From Chloroflexota bacterium (GTDB taxonomy: Bacteria; Chloroflexota; Limnocylindria; Limnocylindrales; CSP1-4): a stretch of 64,000 bases of DNA. Position 1 is the stretch's first letter, and the number at the start of each line of letters is the position of its first letter. The translations under genes were made by a program, and so were the position numbers. Of this stretch, positions 26,906-36,521 are shown piece after piece. Below the pieces are notes generated by a model, which had not been told where the DNA came from, made no database searches, and saw only the letters and a list, made by a program, of their open reading frames with translations. The stretch is from the NCBI GenBank assembly GCA_026004015.1, contig BPIH01000005.1:31598-95597 (forward strand). The letters are read 5' to 3'.

Positions 26906-28322
26906 TCACCCCCGCCCGATCCGGCGGTACCGCCGAGCGACCCCCGCGAAGGCCGGCAGCCGAGCGAGCGCTCGGGACAGGAGCCCCGGGCGGCCGTCGC
27001 GTCCCTCGACGGCGAGGAGGGTGTCGGTCGTCGAGCTGTCAGCCGGCCGGGCGTCGACGACGGCGACGTCGATGGTCACCCGTCCGGGCTCCGGAAGGCC
27101 GAGGCCGGCGATCTCGTCGGCCGGTGGCGCCTCGTCGAAGGCGAGTCGGACTTCCGCTTCGGCCCGCCAGTTCGGCCGCCGGAGGAGGATCGCCCGCCAG
27201 AGCCGTCCCACGGCTGGCGTCACCCGCCCCTCTCCGGGTCGCGGCCGTTCCGCCAGCGCCTCGCCCCGGGCCCAGCGGGCCGCCTGGTGGAGGAGGGCGT
27301 ACTCGTCGAGGTCGGCGTAGTCGGGGAGCCGTTCGACCGGCGATCCGTCCCCGAAGATGGCCTGGATCGACGGCCCGAAGACCTCGGCCAGGTCGAGGTC
27401 GATGGCCCGGACCGTCCGATGGAAGTAGACCTGCTGATACATGAAGAGCCGCGCCGTGAGGAACATCTCGAGGGCCCCGAGCCCCGGCTCGTAGATCGTC
27501 AGGCCCCGGTCGGTCACGAAGGTGTAGCGCCGGAGCCGCTCCACGTCGACCGGCCCGATGGCAACCCCCGTCATGTACGCGTCGCGGCGGACATAGTCGA
27601 GGTTGTCGACCGTGAAGACCCCCGAGAAGAGCGGCTGGAGCCAGCGCAGCCAGCGCGGCATCGAGGGATCGACGAGGGCGGGCTTGGCGACGAGGTAGGA
27701 CACCCAGCGGGGGTCGATCGCCTCGCCCGGCCCGAAGCGATCCCGCTCCGGTGTCGCCCCCGGCGCCCGCCGCAAGCCGGCGATGAGCGGGCCCAGCTCG
27801 CGCTCGATGATGAGCTGGCTCAGGTCCTCGTGGCTGAGCCGCTTCCCGGGTGCCCGCCGCGGATCGGGCGGCGCCTCGAAGGCGGCGAGGACGTGGTCGT
27901 CGAAGAAGTGGGCAAAGGGACCGTGCCCGACGTCGTGGAGGAGCCCGGCGATCCGGAGCGTCTCGACGACGAGGCCCTCCGACGGTACGCTCCCGGCCGG
28001 TTCGCCGGAGGCGAGGAGCGCCTCGCGGAGGGAGGGATAGAGGGCCCGGCCCCAGAGGCCGGCTTCGTGCATGACGCCGAGGCCGTGGGTGAAGCGACTG
28101 TGCTCGGCGGTCGGAAAGACCCAGCGGGCGCTCTGGAGCTGGCTGATCCGGCGCAGCCGCTGAAGCCAGGCCGAATCAAGGAGATCCTCCTCGGCGACGT
28201 CTTCCTCGGGCAACTCGGCCCGTTGCGCCTCGGCCGGGCCAAGACGCTTCGTCAGCTCGAGGTAGCGCGTGGATCGGATCGCTGATGAGGTTGACGGCGG
28301 CGAAGCGCGGGTGGCGGCGCAT
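26906..28322 (-). pseudogene. HD-domain dNTP triphosphohydrolase-like protein (SAMHD1/dGTPase-like), one frame change at about 28262-28268
   Basis: MRRHPRFAAVNLISDPIH (frame of ORF 28176..28421), then RYLELTKRLG...RLRRISQLQ...AEHSRFTHGLGVMH...IAGLLHDVGHGPFAHFFD...DNLDYVRRDAYMTG (frame of ORF 26906..28609). ATG 28322 lies 5 nt after the WYL-regulator stop, with the SD GAGGAG. Confidence 0.75.
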
Positions 28323-28329
28323 CCGCTCC

Positions 28330-29337
28330 TCAGCCCTCGCCGTACTGGGCCAGGGCGGCCCGGAGGGTCCGGGCGACGTCGGCTCGAAGCCCGGGCGGGG
28401 CGAGGACCTCGACGTCGGCACCCCAGCCGAGGATCCAGAGCTTGATCTCGTGGGTCCCGGCGACCCGCGCCCGCCAGAGGAGGGAACCGTCGGGAGCCTC
28501 TTCGACGCTCTGGGTCGGATGCCAGGTCGCCTCCTGGACCCGGGCCGCGACGAGCGGCGAGAAGCGGAGGACGACCTCCACCTCCGGTTGATCGCCGATG
28601 ATGTCCCAAGCCCGAAGGAGCGTCCGCTCGAGTTCGTCGCCGTCCGGGGGCTCGAAGGTCTCCGGGCTCACCGACAGCGCCTCGATCCGCTCGACCTTGA
28701 AGGTCCGGAGGGCACGCCGGTCCTCGTCGTAGCCGATGAGGTAGAGGGCGTGGGTCTGGAGCGAGGGCTCGAGGAGGTAGGGCCGGACGCGCGCCTCTCG
28801 GGGTTCCCGCTCGGCCCCCTCGTAGCGGGCCGGGACGTAGCGGAAGGTGACCATTCGCCGCTCCGCCCAGGCGCGGACGAGGTCGTGGACGTGGCGATTG
28901 AAGCGAGCGTCACTCCGTCGGCTGGCGAGGACGGTGAGGGTCCGCTCGACGTGGTCGCGGAGCGGGACCGGGAGGACCTCCTCGAGCTTCTGGAAGGCGG
29001 CCGCCAGCTCCGGGTCGTACTTGTCGGCGTAGCGGGCCATGAGGCGCGCCGAGAGGACGACGGCCATGGCCTCGCCGAGGGTCAGGTTCAGGGGCGGCAG
29101 GAAGGTCTCGCCCTCGACGCCCCAGCGGCCGCGGTCGTTCCAGACCGCCGCCCCGATCTCGCTCTCGAGGGCCTGGAGGTCGCGGTAGGCCGTCCGGCGG
29201 GAGACGCCGACCCGGCGAGCGATCTCGTCGATCTGGACGCCGCGCTCGCCGTGGGATCGGAGGACCGAGAGGACGCGGTAGAAGCGGGCCAGGCGGTCTC
29301 GCTTGCCGTTCGAGCCTCGGCCGCCGCTGTCGATCAT
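28330..29337 (-). CDS. HTH-WYL-WCX transcriptional regulator (YafY/PafBC/BrxR-like architecture)
   Basis: RFYRVLSVLRSHGERGVQIDEIARRVGVSRRTAYRDLQALE (HTH). HALYLIGYDEDRRALRTFKVERI (WYL). A C-terminal extension follows. The likely start is ATG 29337 (SD GGGAGGAG); the ORF track starts at 29424. Confidence 0.8.
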   Translation of the reverse strand: MIDSGGRGSNGKRDRLARFYRVLSVLRSHGERGVQIDEIARRVGVSRRTAYRDLQALESEIGAAVWNDRGRWGVEGETFLPPLNLTLGEAMAVVLSARLMARYADKYDPELAAAFQKLEEVLPVPLRDHVERTLTVLASRRSDARFNRHVHDLVRAWAERRMVTFRYVPARYEGAEREPREARVRPYLLEPSLQTHALYLIGYDEDRRALRTFKVERIEALSVSPETFEPPDGDELERTLLRAWDIIGDQPEVEVVLRFSPLVAARVQEATWHPTQSVEEAPDGSLLWRARVAGTHEIKLWILGWGADVEVLAPPGLRADVARTLRAALAQYGEG

Positions 29338-29476
29338 CGCTCCTCCCGGGCGTTCCGTTCCGTCCGCGTCGTTGGTCGTCGCCTCCATTCTGCCACCCGA
29401 GGGAGCGAGGGAGGCGCTCGCCACGGCACGCTCGGGTCGCCGTCACCCGGCGCACCGCAGCGCCCAGCCGCCCCGA

Positions 29477-30661
29477 TCACGGTGTCGGGCGGGCGACGCT
29501 CGCATCCTGCCCCCGGGCGACGGCGTCGAGCTCGAGCCGGACGGTGGCCAGGAGCCCCGGCGGCGAGAGCTCGTACGCCTCGCCGTTCACCGTCGCCTCC
29601 ACCCGGCCGACCTGCCCGTCGGCGAAGATCCAGTAGTCGAGCTGGCCGCGCCAGCGCCGAAGCGAGGCGTCGCCGACGAGGAGCCAGAGCGGCCCGACCG
29701 CCGACCGAACGGTCGAGCCGTCGACGGCGATCCGGCAGTGGCGAGCCCGGGCTCCGCCGATGGTGGCGATGCCGCGGTCCTCCGCCGCCGTCCGATTCTC
29801 CGGCGCCAGGGCCACCGCGACGAGCCGGCGGTCGAGGTCGGCCCCGGCCACCTCTGCCGGTGCAACCCGGAACCAGCCGATGCGGGGCAGTGCCCGCCAG
29901 GCCTCGCTCCCGATCCGAGCGGCACCGTACGTCCCCAGGGCGACCGGGGTCGCAGCGTAGCCGCTCCAGCGGAAGTCGTCCCCGACCCGGAGGCCGGCGA
30001 TGTCGACCTCCCCGATGGGACGGAGATCGACCTCGCCCGAGAGCTTGAGGCTCAGCCGGGCGCTCCGGCCGGCGGTGATCTCGGCATCGCAGGCGGGCGG
30101 CTCCAAGGACGGATCCGTCGGCCCGTAGATGGAACCCGGGACCGGCCGATCCCGGAGGGCGAGGTCGTTCGCCACCGCCGTGGCCGCGACCGCCGACGCG
30201 GTCACGATGGTGAGGGCGGCCCCGATGGCCGAGCCGACGGCGAGCCGTCGCCGCCGACCCGCGCTCCAGCCGAGGAGCCGCCGGGCGAGGCCGAAGCCGG
30301 CGAACAGGCTCGTCCCGACCAGGGCGAGGAGCCACGGGTAGGCCGCCTCGACCGACGGGAGGAGCGTCTGCGGCCCGCCTCGGATGAGGCGGAGGACGAG
30401 GCCGCCGATGGACGGGACGAGGACGAGGAGACTGAGGGTCCCGAGGGTGACGATGGACGGGAAGGCGAGCCGTCCGCGGGGAACGGGCGGCCAGCGCAGG
30501 CCGGCCGCGGCGATGGCGGTCGGGAGGCAGGCGGCGAGGCCGACGAGGAGGTCGATCGGGCCGCCGGGACGGTAGCCGACGAGGACGAGGATCCCGGTCG
30601 CGGCCCAGGCACCGGTCAGGGCCGCGGCGAGGAGACGAAGCTCGAACTGGCGGACGCGCAT
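29477..30661 (-). CDS. hypothetical membrane protein (about 4 N-terminal TM helices plus extracytoplasmic domain)
   Basis: This is the coherent C-terminal 394 aa of ORF 29477..31927 (MRVRQFELRLLAAALTGAWAATGILVLV...). The upstream part of that ORF is Arg/Pro-rich noise. The start is uncertain (no clear SD). Confidence 0.55.
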   Translation of the reverse strand: MRVRQFELRLLAAALTGAWAATGILVLVGYRPGGPIDLLVGLAACLPTAIAAAGLRWPPVPRGRLAFPSIVTLGTLSLLVLVPSIGGLVLRLIRGGPQTLLPSVEAAYPWLLALVGTSLFAGFGLARRLLGWSAGRRRRLAVGSAIGAALTIVTASAVAATAVANDLALRDRPVPGSIYGPTDPSLEPPACDAEITAGRSARLSLKLSGEVDLRPIGEVDIAGLRVGDDFRWSGYAATPVALGTYGAARIGSEAWRALPRIGWFRVAPAEVAGADLDRRLVAVALAPENRTAAEDRGIATIGGARARHCRIAVDGSTVRSAVGPLWLLVGDASLRRWRGQLDYWIFADGQVGRVEATVNGEAYELSPPGLLATVRLELDAVARGQDASVARPTP

Positions 30662-31117
30662 CGGAGAGGCAGTGTACGGGTCGGCCTCCGAGCCCACACG
30701 CGGACGCGCCGCGGCAGGCAAGGAGACGGCAGGGCTCCGAGAAGTACCCCGCCCTCCCGGACCTTGGAGCCATCGAAGATCGCTCCGCAACGCGGCACGA
30801 TGGCGCCGACCGCACCGGACCGCAGCGAACCGGTCCGGCCCGGTCCGCGGGCAGGCACCCGCGATCTGGCAGGTGGATGCCGACATGATCGACGAGCGAC
30901 GAACCGAGGGGCCACGCGACCCGGCGCCTACGACCCGGAGCAGCGCTGCCGGCCCGGAGCGCCTCCATCGGCGCTCGTTCGTCGGCCGAGACCCGCCAGC
31001 CGAGCTCGGGGCGCAGTGCGAGGCCGCCGGCCGCCACGGCCAGGCGAGCCGACGGCCGTCGCCGGGCGAACCGACCGGCCCGGCGCACCGCCAACGACGA
31101 CCCTCGCTCCGACGAGG

Positions 31118-31330
31118 GCGATCTATCGGCTCCTCCTCCTGCGGGGGCTGTCCGAGGCCGAGGCGGCGAACCTCACCGCCTTCCTCTGCGGGCTCCCGGT
31201 CGGCGAGCGGCCCTGGCAGCTCCGCGAAGTGAACCAGCTTCTCTTCCTCCGCGAGCTCCATCGCCGTGGTCGCTTGGAGCGAGGCGCGGTCCCGCCGGGG
31301 CTCGACGAGGCCCCGCCGCCACTCGCCTGA
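31118..31330 (+). CDS. hypothetical protein, 3' portion only; start unresolved
   Basis: The last ~70 codons of ORF 29303..31330 look protein-like (AIYRLLLLRGLSEAEAANLTAFLCGLPVGERPWQLREVNQLLFLRELHRRGRL). Everything upstream is low-complexity in all frames. Confidence 0.3.
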   Translation, partial: AIYRLLLLRGLSEAEAANLTAFLCGLPVGERPWQLREVNQLLFLRELHRRGRLERGAVPPGLDEAPPPLA

Positions 31331-31414
31331 CGGCCGATCCCTCCACCCAGGAGGGACGGCACGAGACAACTGCACATCCCGCCGACGGCGTCCCTCCTCC
31401 GCCGCCGGACCGAC

Positions 31415-31452
31415 CCCGAAGCGGCGCTCTCCTCCTCCGGCGCCGCTTCGGG
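31415..31452 (+). terminator. 13-bp perfect GC-rich hairpin (possible terminator/attenuator before the DUF62-ECF operon)
   Basis: CCCGAAGCGGCGC (31415..31427), a 12-nt loop, then GCGCCGCUUCGGG (31440..31452), followed by CCGUCUUGUG (weak U tract). Confidence 0.35.
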
Positions 31453-31520
31453 CCGTCTTGTGAGGCGGGCCGAGCACGCCGCCGTCGACCGGGCGGGTCG
31501 GGACCGTATCATCGGCGGCC

Positions 31521-32352
31521 ATGCGACCCTTCATCAGCTTCCTGAGCGACTTCGGGGCCGACGTCGCGGCCGCCGTCTGCCGGGGTGTCATCCTCGGCAT
31601 CTGTCCCGAGGCGACGATCCTCGACATCAGCCACGCCGTTCGGAAGTTTGCCGTCGCCGACGGTGCATGGCGGCTCGTCTTCGCCCTCCCGTATCTGCCG
31701 GTGGGCATCCACGTCGCCGTCGTCGACCCCGGCGTCGGGACCGAGCGCCGGCCGATCGGTCTTCGGGTCGGGCGCGGCGACGTCCTCATCGGGCCCGACA
31801 ACGGGCTCCTCGTCCCGGCCGCCGAGGCCCTCGGCGGGATCGTCGAGGCTCGCCTCCTCTCGAACCCCTCCCTCTGTCGCGAGACCGTCTCCTCGACCTT
31901 CCACGGCCGCGACATCTTCGCCCCCATGGCGGCCCATCTGGCGACGGGCGTACCCTTCGAGGCCGTCGGCCCGACCGTCCCGCCGGAGGATCTCGTCCGT
32001 CTCCCCGAGCCCCAGCCGAGGGTCGTTCGGGGCGGCCTCGAAACCGTCGTCGTCTTCGTCGACGGCTTCGGGAACGCCTATGTCGCCGGCACGCCCGAGG
32101 ACCTCGAGGCGGCCATCGGGCCGCTGAGGCCGGGCCGCCCCCTCCGGCTCCGATTCGGCGACCCCGACGGCCCGACGGTGCGCCTGCACCTGGCAGCGGA
32201 CCTTCGGGGAGGTCCCTCGGGGTGCGCTGCTCCTCTACCGTTCCTCGACGGGACTCCTCGCCGCCTCCGAGAACCAGGGCAGCATCGCCGAGCGCCTCGG
32301 CCTGGCCGTCGGCCTTCCCGTCCGCATCGAGCCGCTCGACGCGGCGAGCTGA
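31521..32352 (+). pseudogene. DUF62 SAM-hydrolase family (SAM hydroxide adenosyltransferase / chlorinase-fluorinase fold), one frame change at about 32190-32197
   Basis: MRPFISFLSDFG...HVAVVDPGVGTERRPI...LIGPDNGLL...STFHGRDIFAPMAAHLA, then RTFGEVPRGALLLYRSSTGLLAASENQGSIAERLGLAVGLPVRIEPLDAAS* in the +1 frame. Confidence 0.75.
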
Positions 32353-32367
32353 GGGTCGCCCCGCCCG

Positions 32368-34075
32368 ATGATCGACCCGCGGGCATCGCTCGTCGAGGTC
32401 GACGCCGTCTCCTTTCGCTACCGACGGGCGACCGAACCCGCCATCCGAGACGTCTCACTGGCCATCGAGCCGGGGACGGTCACCCTCGTCGCCGGACCCT
32501 CGGGCTGCGGCAAGAGCACCCTCATCCGGACCCTCAACGGGCTCATCCCCCACGCCTACCCGGGCGAGCTCCACGGTGCGGTGCGCATCCGGGGTCGTCC
32601 GACGACGGAACTCCGGCTCCGCGACATCGCCCGGACCGTCGGAACCGTCCTCCAGGACCCGGCCCGCCAGATCGTCGGGGCGACGGTCGAGTCGGAGCTC
32701 GCCTTCGGCCCCGAGAACCTTGGCCTCCCGCCGGCCGAGATCCGGCGCCGCCTGAGCGCGGTGGCAAGCCGGACGGCCATCGAGCACCTCGTCGGGCGCG
32801 AAACGGCGGCCCTCTCGGGGGGCGAGCGGCAGCTCGTCGCCGTGGCCGGCATCCTCATGATGGAGCCCGACGTCCTCGTCCTCGACGAGCCGCTGGCGAA
32901 CCTCGACCCGGCCACGGCCGATCGCCTCGTCGCCATCCTCCGCCGACTGGCCGACGAGGGACGTGCCATCGTCATCGTCGAGCACCGGGTCGAAGAAGCC
33001 CTCGCCCTCGCCCCCGACCGCGTCCTCTATCTCGAGGAGGGGCGGGTGGCCTACGCGGGGGCGGTCGAGGGTTTCCTCCGGGTCGCCGACCCGGGGGCGG
33101 TGAAGCTCCCCTTCGAGGTCGTCCTCGACCGGGTTCGCCAGGCCGCGGATCCGGGCGCTGCGGGCGATCCCTTCGGCCCCGTCCGAACCGCCCCGCGACA
33201 CCCCCGACGGGCCGCCGCGGCTCGAGTTCCGGGGTGTCGACGTCGTTCTCGGCGAGCGGCCGGTCCTCCGCGGCCTGAGTGCCCGCTTCGGCCGCCGCGA
33301 GGCGATCGCCGTCCTCGGACCGAACGGATCGGGCAAGACCACCCTCTTCCGCACGGCGATGCGGCTCGTTCCGACCCGGGCCGGCGAGGTCCTCGTCGAC
33401 GGCGTCTCGACGGCGAGGCGGACGGTGGCCGAGCTGGCGACGATCTTCGGCTTCGTCTTCCAGAGCCCGAGCCAGATGCTCTTCGCCCGAACGGTCCGAG
33501 AGGAGCTCCTGTTCGGGCCGCGGAACCTCGGCCGGCCGGCGTCGGCCGCCGAGGGCCTCCTCGCCCGCGTCCTCCGGCAGACCGCCCTCGACACCATCGA
33601 GGGGATTCTCGACCGGCCACCGCTCACCCTCTCCTTCGGCCAGCAGAAGCGGCTCGCCCTCGCCATCGCCCTCGCCCTCGAGCCGCGAACCCTCGTCCTC
33701 GACGAGCCCTCGGCCGGCCAGGACTACCGGACGGCCAGGCGCTTCATGGCCGAGGTGTCACGGATCGACGAGCTCGAGAGCACGTACTTCATCACCCACG
33801 ACGTCGATCTTGCATTGACGCACGCAGACCGTATCCTCCTCCTTCGGGACGGGCAGGTCGTCGCCGACGGACCCCCGGCCCGGGTGACGGAGGACGAGGA
33901 GCGCTGGCGGGCGTGCAATCTGCACGTCACCTCGCTCATGCGGGCCAACGCCCGGTGGCGCATGGGCGATGGGCGCTTCCTCGACGCGGAGACGCTCGCC
34001 CACCGCATCGTCGCCCAGGAGCGCTCGAGGGGCGGAGGGAAGAACCGGGCATCGGAGAACCATCGGAGGGAGTGA
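32368..34075 (+). pseudogene. ECF-transporter ATPase with two fused ABC domains (EcfA1-A2/CbiO-like), one frame change at about 33185-33195 (C5 run)
   Basis: Domain 1: GPSGCGKSTL, LSGGERQ, VLVLDEPLANLD. Domain 2 lies in the next frame: PRLEFRGVDVVL...VLGPNGSGKTTLF, LSFGQQKRL, TLVLDEPSAGQD. Confidence 0.8.
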
Positions 34076-34077
34076 TC

Positions 34078-34638
34078 ATGGCCACGATGCAGATGCAACG
34101 GCCCGGTCTCTGGGAGGTCTCGTCCCGGGTCATCGTCTACGCCGCCATCGGGGCGGCCCTCTACGGCGTCCTCGGCCTCTTCAGCTTCGTCCTGCCGGGG
34201 ACCCAGAACGTCTCGGTCCGGCCCGCCTTCGCGATCGTCACCTTCTTCGGCTACTCCTTCGGGCCGGTCGTCGGGCTCTTTACCGGCCTCGTCGGCAACG
34301 CCGTCATCGACCAGCTGACCGGCTACGGCTTGCTGACGGCCTGGAACTGGAGCATCGCCAACGGCCTCGCCGGGCTCATCGCCGGGGTTCTCGGGGCCGG
34401 CGCCCTGGCGACCGCCGGGGGCTCGAAGATCGTCGGATCGGCGGTCGTGGCGGCCGTCGCCGTCGTCGTCGGCTTCCTCTTCGTCATCACCGACATCTGG
34501 GTCTTCGGCAACAGCCTCGAGACGGCGGTCACCGCGAGCTACGTCCCGGTCGTCATCGCCGACGTCATCGCCGGGGTCATCCTGACCCCGATCCTCGTGG
34601 CGGCCTGGGAGCCGTTGCGGGAGTCCCTCGGTCGCTGA
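34078..34638 (+). CDS. ECF transporter S (substrate-capture) component, specificity unknown
   Basis: 186-aa polytopic protein. ATG 34078 lies 2 nt after the ATPase stop, with the SD GGAGGGAG. The ORF track merges it into a 756-aa ORF. Confidence 0.7.
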   Translation: MATMQMQRPGLWEVSSRVIVYAAIGAALYGVLGLFSFVLPGTQNVSVRPAFAIVTFFGYSFGPVVGLFTGLVGNAVIDQLTGYGLLTAWNWSIANGLAGLIAGVLGAGALATAGGSKIVGSAVVAAVAVVVGFLFVITDIWVFGNSLETAVTASYVPVVIADVIAGVILTPILVAAWEPLRESLGR

Positions 34639-34737
34639 AACCCGGCGCTTCGAGCTCGGCGGTCCAGCCGGTCGGGCTGGCCGGGCTCGGCGCCGCCCCA
34701 CCGAGGCGCCGACGGCGGTCGCCGGCCGGTCGCGACG

Positions 34738-35589
34738 ATGATCGTCACGCCGCGCTATCTCGCCCGGGGGTCGTGGCTCGCTCGCCGCGATCCCCGGGTC
34801 CCCCTCATCGTCGGCGTCTGCGCGGCGGCGACGGTCATCCAGGTCTGGGACGCCCGGATCGTCCTCGGGCTCCTTGCCGTCGCCCTCCTCTACTACCGGA
34901 CGGCCGCCATCCCCTGGCGGGCGGTTCGCCGCCAGTGGTTCTTCGCCCTCGCCTTCGTCAGCCTGCTCGTCCTCATCAACACCTTCCTGACCGGGGGTGA
35001 GATCGGGGGCCTCGACCCGCGAACGTTCCGGCCCCTCTTCCGGATCCCGATCCTCGGGACGATGATCTACGCCGAGACCGTCTCGTACGGGGCGACCCAG
35101 CTCCTCCGCTTCGTGACCTTCGTCGCGGTCGGCTTCCCGATCGCCTACGCCATCGCCCCGGCCGATCTCGGGGTCGCTCTCGCCCGCCTCGGCCTGCCCG
35201 ACCGGTTTGCGGTCGGCATCGACCTGACCTTTCGCTTCCTGCCGTCGCTCGCCGCCGACTTCCAGGAGACCATCGACGCCCAGCGGATCCGCGGCTACGA
35301 ATGGGAACGCGGGGGGCGGAACCCGGTTGCGCGGCTCCGCCAGGCAACCCCGCTCATCGTGCCCCTCACGATGCGGGCCATCGTCGGAGCCGAGGACACC
35401 ATCGACGCCATGGATCTCCGGGCCTTCGGAACGGGGCGCCGCACCTGGCTTCGAGAGCTGCGCTTCGACCCGATCGACCGCCTCGTCGTCGGCCTGGCGG
35501 TCGGCATCCTCGTCGTCGTGACGGTCGTCGGCTTCGCCGGTTACGCCCGGCTCTGGGTCTTTCCGTTCCTGCTCGGTCCGACGGGCTAG
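34738..35589 (+). CDS. ecfT: ECF transporter T component (EcfT/CbiQ family)
   Basis: Intact 283-aa ORF with a CbiQ-like sequence, including the conserved R-rich coupling helices (DAQRIRGYE...LTMRAIVGAEDTIDAMDLRAFG). Confidence 0.8.
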   Translation: MIVTPRYLARGSWLARRDPRVPLIVGVCAAATVIQVWDARIVLGLLAVALLYYRTAAIPWRAVRRQWFFALAFVSLLVLINTFLTGGEIGGLDPRTFRPLFRIPILGTMIYAETVSYGATQLLRFVTFVAVGFPIAYAIAPADLGVALARLGLPDRFAVGIDLTFRFLPSLAADFQETIDAQRIRGYEWERGGRNPVARLRQATPLIVPLTMRAIVGAEDTIDAMDLRAFGTGRRTWLRELRFDPIDRLVVGLAVGILVVVTVVGFAGYARLWVFPFLLGPTG

Positions 35590-35639
35590 GGTCGCGGGTA
35601 GGCGCCGCTGCGCCGCCCGCCCGTTCTCGGCAGTGCCCC

Positions 35640-36498
35640 TCAGCGCCGGAGGGCACTCCCCCGGCAGGCGTCGACGAACACCCGCCAGAGCCGCTCGAAC
35701 TCGGGCGGCGACGTCTCGATCCGCTCGGGATGGCACTGGACGCCGACGACGAAGCGGTCTCCGGCCGACTCCAGGGCCTCGACGAGCTCGCCGGCCGGCG
35801 ACCAGGCGTAGCCGGCGGCGACGAGGCCCGGCGCGAGGTCGACCGGACGCACGGCCTGGTGGTGGGACGAGTTGACCCGGAGCCGGCCCGTGCCCGAGGC
35901 CGGAGCGAGGATCCGGGCCAGCCGCGTTCCCGGGACGAGTCGGAGGTCGTGGCACCGCTCCGGGCGTCCGAGGGCGTCCCGACCGCAGCTCGCCTCGTCG
36001 CCTCGCGCCCCGGCGCCCGACGCCTCGCCCCCCGCCCTCCCCCCGCAGCCGTCGCCTCCCGCGACGGCCGATCGTGGCCCTCGACGTGCTGGAGGAGCCG
36101 GCCCCCCGAGAAGACGTTGATCGCCTGGTGCCCGCGGCAGATCCCGAGAACGGGGAGGCCGCGCTCGGCGGCGACCGCCCAGGCCTCCGCCTCGAGCTCG
36201 TCCCGGGCCTCGTCGACGTCCCGCGCCCCCGCCGCCGTCGGCGCCGTAGCGAGCCGGGGCGATGTCGACGCCGCCGGAGAGGAGGAGGCCGGCCATCTCG
36301 GCGAAGGCCCGCCGTCGCTCCGCGGCCGACGCCTGGGCATCCAGCGGGATCGGGGCGCCGCCGAAGCGCCGGACGGCCTCGAGGTAGCGAGCGTTGACGG
36401 CGTCGACGCGGGCCGAGCGCCCCGGGGCCGAGACGCCCCGGGGCCGAGCCCTCGGTGGGGGCGGCGACGGTGACGACGATTCGCGGTCCCTCGCCCAC
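35640..36498 (-). pseudogene. class I glutamine amidotransferase (peptidase C26 / PuuD-like gamma-glutamyl hydrolase), several frame changes
   Basis: Pieces lie in three frames: GPRIVVTVAAP..., ARVDAVNARYLEAVRRFGGAPIPL...MAGLLLSGGVDIAPARYG, DVDEARDELEAEAWAVAAERGLPVLGICRGHQAINVFSGG (nucleophile Cys), VNSSHHQAV...VVGVQCHPE (His). Confidence 0.7.
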
Positions 36499-36521
36499 GT
36501 GAGCCCCTCGCCGCGAGTCGC

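Noticed and set aside
31521-32352. Functional link between the DUF62 (fluorinase/chlorinase-fold) gene and the fluoride-riboswitch-like leaders 14 kb away.
   Set aside because: Most DUF62 members are hydroxide adenosyltransferases. The genes are in different operons with many unrelated genes between them. This is pure speculation without halide-pocket analysis.
32368-34638. 756-aa ORF as a single ATPase plus S-component fusion protein.
   Set aside because: The middle ~300 aa are Arg/Pro noise. The second ABC domain is readable in the adjacent frame and ends at TGA 34073..34075. The S component has its own SD and ATG at 34078.
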